DNA of 64,000 nt from Candidatus Latescibacterota bacterium (GTDB lineage Bacteria > Latescibacterota > UBA2968), in assembly GCA_965198115.1 (NCBI GenBank), contig OZ240241.1, positions 6,784,001-6,848,000 on the forward strand. The letters run 5' to 3'. Positions 31,339-39,880 of this stretch are shown piece by piece (position 1 is the stretch's first letter; the number at the start of each line of letters is the position of its first letter). A program made the position numbers and the translations under genes. The notes under the pieces are model-generated. The model was not told where the DNA came from, did not search any database, and was given only the letters and a program-made list of their open reading frames with translations.

Positions 31339-32502
31339 CTACGGACCCGTGTTGTTGAATCGGGGCAGGACTTCTCGTCCGAACCATTCGAGATCGCGTC
31401 TCATCACGCTGGGAGGAATTGCCAAAGCCCCCGCGGCAACAGTGATGCGGCGGAGGCCGGGCATGCGATCCTGAATCTCGCAGATTTTTTCGTAGATGTG
31501 ATCGGGAGGTCCGCAGATCCATCCGCCATCCCGTACGCGGTCTGCGACGGACGGTAATCCGGCCTCGAGCGCTTTTTTGCTGTCGTAGGTTGAAAGAATC
31601 TGTTCCTGAGTGAGCGTCGGCATGCGCCCCAGGGGAGCCAGCACTTTGAATTGTTCCTGGGACCACGGGGTGGCTTCTGCCATGGCCTGTTCTTCGGTGT
31701 CGGCCATGTGGATCTGAAGGACCAGTGCCAGATCTTCGCCCAATTCGGTTTCGCGTCCCCTTTGCGCCAGGCCTTCCTGCCATTTCGTCGCGATTTCCAT
31801 AGCCCTTCCTCCACCCGGTACGACGCCTTTGATTCCGTGCTTGATCATGAAATCGATGCCGCGGGGGCTCGCGCTGAAGATGGGTTGCCAGCATTCGACC
31901 GGCAAGTGGGCGGGTCGCGGCACTAGCGTCATATCCTCGAGCTTCGACTGCAGACGATGGGGACACGGCGCCGGTAGGTCGTAGTATTTCCCGTGATGAG
32001 AGAAGGAGGATTCGTTCCAGGCCTTGAAGATGATGTCGACCTGCTCCTCGAACAGCTCGCGGTTGGCGTCGTCATCGTTCAACGGGGAACCCAGGGTTTC
32101 GACTTCGCGAGCGATGTAGCCTCGACCGATGCCGAAACGGAAGCGGCCCCCAGTGAGGACGTCGGCCATGGCGTAGTCCTCAGCCAGTCGCAGGGGATGC
32201 CACGCCGGAACGGTGTTGAACATGCATCCATAGTTGAGGCGCTCGGTGACCTGCGAGAGGTAAACGGCGAGCATGGGAATGTTTGGAATGCCACCATAGC
32301 CTTCGCGCTGGAAGTGGTGCTCGGCGAGCCACAACGTGTCATAGCCGGATTCATCCATAATGTGAGCGAAGGATCGAGCTTCCTCGAAAACAGTCGCATT
32401 ATGTTCGTCGGACTCGATGCGCTCGTCAACCGGCAATCCCTCGAAGCCGAGATTATCCATCTCGACGTGGCCGCCGAAGAAACAATCGAAGTCTGTGATC
32501 AT
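31339..32502 (-). CDS. Luciferase-like (LLM class) flavin-dependent oxidoreductase
   Basis: WLAEHHFQ, HPLRLAED.A..D.L.GGR..FGIGRG, LVPRP. Confidence 0.9.
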   Translation of the reverse strand: MITDFDCFFGGHVEMDNLGFEGLPVDERIESDEHNATVFEEARSFAHIMDESGYDTLWLAEHHFQREGYGGIPNIPMLAVYLSQVTERLNYGCMFNTVPAWHPLRLAEDYAMADVLTGGRFRFGIGRGYIAREVETLGSPLNDDDANRELFEEQVDIIFKAWNESSFSHHGKYYDLPAPCPHRLQSKLEDMTLVPRPAHLPVECWQPIFSASPRGIDFMIKHGIKGVVPGGGRAMEIATKWQEGLAQRGRETELGEDLALVLQIHMADTEEQAMAEATPWSQEQFKVLAPLGRMPTLTQEQILSTYDSKKALEAGLPSVADRVRDGGWICGPPDHIYEKICEIQDRMPGLRRITVAAGALAIPPSVMRRDLEWFGREVLPRFNNTGP

Positions 32503-32675
32503 CCTCTACCTGCTTGAAAAGCGGAACACGAAGGCGCGAAAACACGAAGAAATGAAAGACGTTCAGTTCGATGACTGACAATTCGGTCGACCAGAGTGCC
32601 GGCCATCTGCGTGGACACCGTCGACTGACAGAGCGTTCTCAATGCATCCGTGATGGTGTCCTCCGTCACTTCAGT

Positions 32676-33605
32676 CTACTCGTTCGGGACCCAGTCGGGA
32701 TAATGTTCGTGCAGAACCCCCTTGCAGGCTTGGTATTCATCTTCGGTGAAACCCTGATAGGGGGACAGCAGGCGCAACGGCATCTCCTCAAATCCTCCCA
32801 GGCGCACGATTATCTTGTCGTAGGCGCCATCGATTCGATTTTTTCCTCCCATTAGCGGACCCAGCACATCCTCGAGGAGACTACTGTACTCTCTCTGGAG
32901 CACGGTCACTTCAGGCTCCCGTCGATGGATTCCAGCGTCGAAAAACTGTTTGGCCTTTTCTGGACTCAGGGGACCCCACGACGAAAGCAACGAGCACTCG
33001 CCGTGCGTGCAGCCCAAGGGGAAATTTCGTTCGCCGAGGAAGTGTTGCAGCTCTGAAGCTTCGGTCACCAAGGCCTTTGTGCCTGCCTCATCGGCACCTG
33101 TGTTCTTCGTGGCTACGAGATTGGGTACGGCGTCGATGAGACGACGGTAGTCGGCGGCCTTTAAAACACGGCGGGCCCTCGGCAGGTTATAGTGCAGGAA
33201 GCGTGCATCCGGAAAGGCTTCGCACACGTCTTTGAAATACGTAAGCAGTTCGATGTCGTTGAGGGCTTCCCAAGCGGGCAGCGACATCTGGAAGATCCGG
33301 AATCCCGTGTCGTAGGCGAATTTTACACGTTCCACGACGTTCGCTGTGGATAACCCGATGACGCCTACCTGGAAGTGTTTGTCCTCGGCGCACTCAACTG
33401 TCTCCTCGCGGAAGATCTCGACGATCCGCTGGAAGCGTGCCGTGTCTACGGCGTAGCCCTCTCCCGCCGTTCCGAAGATGTAGACGTGGTCGAAGTGTTC
33501 GACCGCGTCTCGGATCTCCTGTCGGAACACGTCTTCCAGCAGCTGCTCGTTCGGATCCCACGGGATTTCGCAGGAAACCAGGATGGCTTGTGGATAGCGC
33601 GGCAT
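32676..33605 (-). CDS. DapA/NanA (dihydrodipicolinate synthase-like) class I aldolase family protein
   Basis: GTAGEG, LHYNLP, Schiff-base Lys in VATKNT. Confidence 0.8.
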   Translation of the reverse strand: MPRYPQAILVSCEIPWDPNEQLLEDVFRQEIRDAVEHFDHVYIFGTAGEGYAVDTARFQRIVEIFREETVECAEDKHFQVGVIGLSTANVVERVKFAYDTGFRIFQMSLPAWEALNDIELLTYFKDVCEAFPDARFLHYNLPRARRVLKAADYRRLIDAVPNLVATKNTGADEAGTKALVTEASELQHFLGERNFPLGCTHGECSLLSSWGPLSPEKAKQFFDAGIHRREPEVTVLQREYSSLLEDVLGPLMGGKNRIDGAYDKIIVRLGGFEEMPLRLLSPYQGFTEDEYQACKGVLHEHYPDWVPNE

Positions 33606-33711
33606 GATCTTCTTCTCCGAATCGATTCTCAGGGATGCTCGATCTGCAGTCCCGTACGGTTCCGTTTAAATTCGTAGCCAGCGCGACGATCCGGATATGC
33701 CGATCGGGGCG

Positions 33712-34488
33712 TCATCTTTCGCCAGCCGGTCGCCGGTCGAACTCTGTCGTGAAGCGAATGTCGAGGACGCTTTCTGCCCGGGCGACATCGAACCGCTCCC
33801 TGGCCGAGGGTGCTCCGACGAGGTGGAATACATCGTGGCCTTCGTGCGGGATCTCCAGCGCCCGAACGCAGGCCAATCCGACATCGTACCGATGCACCCA
33901 GCTCTTGTCGGCTATCGCTTGTTGCCAGGCCTCGTCCCCGCGCTTGCTCATCCCAAGCTCGAGATCGACGATATCGCCGAGACGAAGAGAGACGATGTTC
34001 ATGCCAAAGAGCTGAACGAACCAGCGGCAGATTTCCTCCTGAAGTCGCTTGGTGAGGTCATAGATGCTTCCGACGCCCGCATAGGGTGTGTCCCGATCCA
34101 CGAACGTGCCGGGCGGATGATCCACGTGCGTTTCTGCCGCGGCGATCTGGATCACTCGGTCCACACCTTCACGGCGTGCCGCTTCGAGAACGTTGTAGGT
34201 GCCACGCACGTTCACAGCCGTGGGCACTGGATCGTCCGGTTCGTAAAGGCCACGTAACACGGTGCTGGCCACGGCTGCGTGAATCACCGCTTCCTGGCCT
34301 TCGACCGCCGACTGCACCGACTCGTATTCGGTCACGCTCCCATAAACGATCTCCCCGTCAAAGTTCAGCTCTTCACGCGGTGCTTCAGGCGATTCTAGAT
34401 CGAACACGCGCACCGTGTGATGCCGGCTCACTGTTTCTGTGAGTGCTTTCCCGAGCCAGCCCAGACCACCTGTTATCAATACGTTCAC
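33712..34488 (-). CDS. NAD-dependent epimerase/dehydratase (extended SDR)
   Basis: LITGGLGWLG, NVRGTYNVLEAA, YDLTK (YxxxK). Confidence 0.9.
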   Translation of the reverse strand: MNVLITGGLGWLGKALTETVSRHHTVRVFDLESPEAPREELNFDGEIVYGSVTEYESVQSAVEGQEAVIHAAVASTVLRGLYEPDDPVPTAVNVRGTYNVLEAARREGVDRVIQIAAAETHVDHPPGTFVDRDTPYAGVGSIYDLTKRLQEEICRWFVQLFGMNIVSLRLGDIVDLELGMSKRGDEAWQQAIADKSWVHRYDVGLACVRALEIPHEGHDVFHLVGAPSARERFDVARAESVLDIRFTTEFDRRPAGER

Positions 34489-34500
34489 GTGATCTCCCCT

Positions 34501-35577
34501 TCACCCGGTCAAACACGCTGGGTCGAAGGCGTAGCCCTCTTGAAGCCAGTCGACGATCTCTTCGGCGAATGGCGACTGAAAAGCGGTGTACTTCTCGATC
34601 GTTGCGCGCTTCTCGTCCTCGTTCATCCCATCCAGACCCCGATCCTGAAAGACGGGTACATCCTCCGCAATCGCAGCCACCAGGCCGGCATCGCAGAGGG
34701 CATCGACCGCATCCGGAAGGGCGACCTGTGGATCGTATCGATCTTTCAGATCATAGCTCGCTGCGAGCGTCCTGATCGGTATCTGTGACAGCCAGGCTTG
34801 ATTCATAGGGTTCACCGCGTGGCCAGACGTCCACTCGGCCATCTGATGCGGTCGGTTTTCGTAGGCCCTCATCAGAAGGAATCGGGACCGCTTTTCGCTG
34901 TCGTTCACGGGGTAGTTATCCCAGATGAACGGTTTCCGACCCAATCGCTCCGTGGCTTCCCTCAGATGGTCTTCCGGATATCCTGTCGAGCAGACATCGG
35001 GTCCGGTCCAGAAGATGTCGACTTCAGGGTCGATGCGGGCGCCCAGCGTCTCCCAGTAGCCCTCAGGCATTTCCCCGAAGATCTTCTCAAGAATGGGGTC
35101 GAACGTGTAGTAGGTCGGACAGAGGATGAAACGACGCGCCGTGCTCTGATCCGCGATCCACTTGAAGACCTCCGCCTGCGTTTCCGCCAACCGGGGCACG
35201 TCTCCCTTCATGTCGTCCAGCAGGACACACAGAATGTCAGGATCGATTCGATTGATCTCGTCGATCTTCTGCCTCAGAGCTTGCCTGGCCGTGTCGTCGA
35301 ACGCCAGGTAGATCTCAAACGGGCTCAATCCGATCCCCCAAGCCACGTTCTGATCTTTGTAGACCGAGCCCAGCTGCATCAAGCTTTCGACTTGGTCTTC
35401 CGGCCAGCTCTCCCGCCATCTGCGTCTCAAGTAGGCATCGTCTTTGGGCGCGTAGATGTAGAAGCCGAATCCGTTCGCTCGCAGGAAGTCGGCGTACGCC
35501 TCCCGCGCGTCCCAGCTCCAGGACCGTCCGTAGAATCCCTCGATGACGCCGCGAACGAAAAGATGAGACACGCTCAC
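34501..35577 (-). CDS. GH84 beta-N-acetylglucosaminidase (O-GlcNAcase/hyaluronidase-like) catalytic domain
   Basis: GVIEGFYG..W, YIYAPKDD, catalytic DD, CPTYY, FWTG, IWDNYPVND. Confidence 0.9.
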   Translation of the reverse strand: MSVSHLFVRGVIEGFYGRSWSWDAREAYADFLRANGFGFYIYAPKDDAYLRRRWRESWPEDQVESLMQLGSVYKDQNVAWGIGLSPFEIYLAFDDTARQALRQKIDEINRIDPDILCVLLDDMKGDVPRLAETQAEVFKWIADQSTARRFILCPTYYTFDPILEKIFGEMPEGYWETLGARIDPEVDIFWTGPDVCSTGYPEDHLREATERLGRKPFIWDNYPVNDSEKRSRFLLMRAYENRPHQMAEWTSGHAVNPMNQAWLSQIPIRTLAASYDLKDRYDPQVALPDAVDALCDAGLVAAIAEDVPVFQDRGLDGMNEDEKRATIEKYTAFQSPFAEEIVDWLQEGYAFDPACLTG

Positions 35578-35622
35578 TCAGGCCTCTGGCCGACGAACGC
35601 ACGCCGTTGGAGCGCTGGGCGA

Positions 35623-36384
35623 TCAGCACGCATCGCAGGCGGTGCGGAACTGATCGAAGGTCGTGCCATAGCCGAGGCTCCACTCGAAGATGTGGATGCC
35701 ATAGTTCGTCGCAAGTCGTTGAGGGAAGGACTCCGGCGTCTCGACGCCGAGCGTGGCGTCGCGTACGAGGACACTGCGATAGCCGCGGGCCACCATCGCT
35801 CGCGCACCGCCTTCGGCCCCTAGGATGCACATGTCCGTGGCGAATCCCGTGTAGATGAGTGTGTCGACACCGTGGTCACGCAAGTAGGAGTCCAGCTGGT
35901 CGGAGTAGAAGACGAGGGGTTCGTCATCCCGGGGCGATACGATCTCGGCTCGGCGCATATTTGCCAGGGGGGATTTCGTCATGTAGTCCCGGCCGTGGGC
36001 TCGATCCAGCATGGCACGTCGGTGGGGATGTACGTCTTCGGTCTCTGACGAACGTCGGGTGGCTATCTCTGGATACTGATGGTCCATCCAGTCCGTCTCG
36101 ACGTGGCAGACGTGCAAACCGACCGACCGAGCCGCGTCCATGGCCGGGCGGATGACTTCGGCCATGATGCGAGCCGCTTCCTCGGTTGCTTGAGGCCAGC
36201 CCATGCCCACGCAGTAATCCAAGTCGACCGGTGGCCCGTCCGAACAGCCAATGTTCCAACAGTGCAGAGCGACGAGGGCGGTCTTGCCGACTGGAAGGGA
36301 CAGCGTCTTTTCCTCGTAGCCTGGACGGTCGACGGGGAGCGATCGATAGTAGCGAGCGCTCAGCTCGAGGTTAGATCCTCCCAC
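35623..36384 (-). CDS. Isochorismatase-family cysteine hydrolase
   Basis: KTALVALHCW, GVDTLIYTGFATDMCI, VLVRDAT. Confidence 0.8.
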   Translation of the reverse strand: MGGSNLELSARYYRSLPVDRPGYEEKTLSLPVGKTALVALHCWNIGCSDGPPVDLDYCVGMGWPQATEEAARIMAEVIRPAMDAARSVGLHVCHVETDWMDHQYPEIATRRSSETEDVHPHRRAMLDRAHGRDYMTKSPLANMRRAEIVSPRDDEPLVFYSDQLDSYLRDHGVDTLIYTGFATDMCILGAEGGARAMVARGYRSVLVRDATLGVETPESFPQRLATNYGIHIFEWSLGYGTTFDQFRTACDAC

Positions 36385-36386
36385 CG

Positions 36387-37157
36387 CTATTTCAGCCCCA
36401 GCTCCACCCACTTGGAGGTCAGTCGCTTGATACGTGGGTTGTCGTTGTGAAGAAATGCGTCGGTGAAAGCGCGTCCAGGCTGGCTGTACTGAAGGTTCTC
36501 GATGTTTCGGAGGACGCCGTCGTAGTTGTCCTTCATCATCTTGACGTGCGTATCCGACGTGGGTTCGGGCACGAAGTTCACTGCGAGGTGACGGCGCCCC
36601 GGATGCCCGCCGAACGAGGCGTGCCACGTGTTCATGTCAGAGAAGACGACGTCTCCCGGGTGGGTTTCGAGGGAACAGCTGGGGATCTCTGTACCCGGCC
36701 GATCGGACTGGGCAATCGGTCTGACATCGTCGTGATAAGGGAGCCGATGGGAGCCGGGAATCACGCGGAGACTCCCCGTATTGGCTGTCAGCGGGTCGAG
36801 ATAAAGCGAAACCTTCATGGGGCGATAGTCCAGGCGCGTGCCATCGGGATGCCATTTCGTATCGCCGACGTAGAGGTTGCCTTCAGAACAAAGCCAGAGG
36901 AACCCTTCTCCTAGGAGGGACTCGACCGTACTGTAGATGCGGTCATCGGCTACCAGCTCGGTGATAAGGGGTTCGAGTTCCGCGATGCCATAGAGGGACT
37001 GCCGGCTCGCACCTGGAAAGGGCGCGCCGTCTCTTTCGGCGTCCAACCAATGGTCGTAGCGCTCGCTGATAGCCTCCATCTCGTCGGAGTCAAACAGCCG
37101 AGGGCGGAAGAGATACCCGAAGGTCCGAAAGAAGGCAATCTGGTCGTCTGATATCAC
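36387..37157 (-). CDS. PhyH-family dioxygenase
   Basis: QIAFFRTFGY, WHPD, GSLRVIPGSH, PGDVV..WHASFGG. Confidence 0.88.
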   Translation of the reverse strand: MISDDQIAFFRTFGYLFRPRLFDSDEMEAISERYDHWLDAERDGAPFPGASRQSLYGIAELEPLITELVADDRIYSTVESLLGEGFLWLCSEGNLYVGDTKWHPDGTRLDYRPMKVSLYLDPLTANTGSLRVIPGSHRLPYHDDVRPIAQSDRPGTEIPSCSLETHPGDVVFSDMNTWHASFGGHPGRRHLAVNFVPEPTSDTHVKMMKDNYDGVLRNIENLQYSQPGRAFTDAFLHNDNPRIKRLTSKWVELGLK

Positions 37158-37305
37158 GGTTCTCTCCGTGTTGTGAGATGACGGGATGAGCGGTAGTATA
37201 AACCGGTGGCCTGCTGCGTGTCGAGCTGCTTGACGGGTGGTAGAGAGGTTCAGCCATGAGTCCAGACATCGTTGATTCAAGATTTCTGAAGACGGAGGTG
37301 AAACA

Positions 37306-38115
37306 ATGACTCCCGAGCAGGAAAAGACCCATTTCGACACCTTCGGATTCATCGTCAAGCGTGAGCTCTTCCAGCCCGACGAGATGGAAGCGATGTCACG
37401 ATGGTTCGATGAAGGCTTTGCGAACTATCACGGGGAGCTTGGTAAGGAAAAGCAGTTCATCGAGCCGGGCCTTCAGCTGCATCCGGGTTTGTGCGAGTCC
37501 TATCTCGACGACCCGCGCATCCTGGATGCGCTCGAGAATCTGATCGGTGAGGGTTGTGTGCTCTGCGCTTCTGACGCCCAGCGGACAGTCGGCAACAGCA
37601 AGTGGCATCACGACTCGACCATCCCGATGGAAGAGGGCAGACCGGACGAATACGTGATGCTCAAAGTGCAGATGTATTTCGAGGACCTGAAGCGCGGGCG
37701 AGGATGTCTGTCAGTACTTCCCGGTAGCCACAAGAAAGGTTACGGCGAGGCACTTCGCGCGGTATGGAAGATCGAAAGCCCGATCGATCCGCAGACACCG
37801 ACGCCAATGGGCGCGACTCCGCCCGAAATGCCTGGTGCGCTACCCATCGAGACGCGACCAGGTGATATCATCTTCTTCAACCAGAAGCTGGGCCACTCGT
37901 CGTGGGGTGGACCAAGGGGCCGTCGTTTTCTTGGGCTGACGTTCGGGGAGAAGCCGACGAAGGGCTGGCACCACGAGTGGCTGATTCATCACGCTGACAG
38001 GTGGCAGAAGGCGTGCATGAACGAGGCCAAGACCCAGTTCCCCGAGCACCTGGTAAAGAACGCGGGGCCCCGTTTGAAAAAGGCTATCGAGTATCTTCAC
38101 AGCAAAGGCTATTAG
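37306..38115 (+). CDS. PhyH-family dioxygenase
   Basis: HFDTFGF, WHHD, GCLSVLPGSH, PGDIIFF..GHSSWGG; GGAGG RBS. Confidence 0.88.
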   Translation: MTPEQEKTHFDTFGFIVKRELFQPDEMEAMSRWFDEGFANYHGELGKEKQFIEPGLQLHPGLCESYLDDPRILDALENLIGEGCVLCASDAQRTVGNSKWHHDSTIPMEEGRPDEYVMLKVQMYFEDLKRGRGCLSVLPGSHKKGYGEALRAVWKIESPIDPQTPTPMGATPPEMPGALPIETRPGDIIFFNQKLGHSSWGGPRGRRFLGLTFGEKPTKGWHHEWLIHHADRWQKACMNEAKTQFPEHLVKNAGPRLKKAIEYLHSKGY

Positions 38116-38136
38116 ACGTTGTAATTGAAGATGGAA

Positions 38137-39871
38137 TCACCCCGGAGTCTGGTAGGTGAGGTCGTAGTCCCCGACTCGCAGCAAGGGTATGGGCTCAGCT
38201 GCAATCTTCGGCTCGCCCTGGCTGATCCAATCCTCGATTTCCTCGCGATGACCGAGCCTGCGTAAGACGTTCCACGCTAGACTATGGTTCGCCCGCCCAA
38301 AAGCTCCTGCTGAATCCCAGAAGAAGAGTCGCTCAACACCCAGCCCATACAAGAAAGCCGCCTTCCGACAGAAGGCTTCTGGCGTCATGTGACGGGGCAT
38401 GATGTTGAGCCCGAGCTCGCAGTCTTTCCCCTCAGTCAGGTTCACGAAGTGCAGCACTTCGTCATCGTCGATCCATGCCTCTGCTCCACTGTTCAGCTCG
38501 GGGGCAGACGTGTATGGAATCAGCGTGTCCAGAAGACCCTCATCGATCCACGTCTCCAGGTCGAGTCCGTTCAGCTCGTTTTCGACACGATTCATCACGC
38601 ACGCGGAAACGGAGACGCGCTCACGATTCTCCTGCTCGGCGAGTCCGTCCAGCGCGGCGCGAAGTTCCCTGTGGAAATCCGTGAGAGCTGAACAACGATG
38701 GACCAGCCAACTCGTCGTGGTCGTCCAATTGGCAGGGATCTTCGCCATACGCATCGATAAAGCTTTCGACGAGGGGCGGATCGTATCCCGTCAGCGGCGG
38801 CCGGCGATTATAGAGGATGCAGACGCCGTCGATCGGCTTTCGGGCGACTTCGGTCAACAGTCCGATGACGAATCGACGAGCGTCGGGAAAAGCGTATGAG
38901 ATCCGGGGAGCCGGGCGCCCGTCCTTGCCGAACATCCTGAGGTCCGGTCGCTGGAAGTAGAGGCTGCCAGGGTTCCATTGCTCCAGCGGCGATGGATAGA
39001 AGAAACCGGCCGTGCGATAGCTGGCGTGGAATTCCATCCCCATCTCGTGGGCGCTGTCCACGACGATATCGAGGGGGTCCAGCTGCTTCTCGCGGAATGT
39101 GCGCCAGGTTTGGGCGTGAAGCCGGTCGCCCTGGCGTTCGAAGTCGTCGATGCCGTCGCAAGTCGGCAGACGTCCGGCTTCACCCAGATAGGACAGAACG
39201 TCACCGGAGGCGCATTCCCAGTAGATGCGGGCGAAGTCGGTATGACGATAGGGTTCGAGCTCGCGCCGAACTGCTTCTTCTGTTGCTGAGCCGAACAAGT
39301 AGAGATAACCGTGTGCATCGTTGTGGGCGAACAGCCTGCGTGTTTCGGTCTGGTCCCGATCGGCCACCAACGCCTCGACATCCTCTTCCGACAGAGGGAC
39401 CAGCTTGACGTAGGCCAATCGCGTGCGCTCGCACCGGAAGGATGCGGGTTCGTCTGCGGCGCCCGCTTCGGTGCAGACCTGGCGGATGGCTAGAGACTGT
39501 CCCGTCAGGTCGGCTTCTTTCCACCACAACTCTTGAATGCTGTGGCGATGTGCCAATTCCGTGCTCACGCCAACGTGCAGGATGGAGAATGCTGCGTCGT
39601 CACTCAGCTTCAGCTCGATGGCGCCACGGGATCGGTGTTCGGGATAGACACCGACCTCGATTCGATGCCAGCCCGACCGATCGAGATCGAGGGTCACTTC
39701 CGGTGCGGCCGTTTCCTCGCCTGCGCTGAGAAGCGTGCCGGTGAGGTTTGCCGTCTCATAGTGTTGAAGTAGCCAGGTGCGCCGCAGGGGCGATGTGGAC
39801 AAGGATGACGCAGGCTGGCAGCGATCTAAATTCGTCATGCAGATCGCAGATTCTGTGAATTCGTTGGTCAC
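38137..39871 (-). pseudogene. Putative GHL10/DUF187-like TIM-barrel glycoside hydrolase, frameshift near 38710
   Basis: AHEMGMEFHASYR, ISYAFPDARRF, IDGV, GYDPP, GLDLETWIDEGLLD; paralog of 56573..59262. Confidence 0.55.
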
Positions 39872-39880
39872 GGCTCGGCC

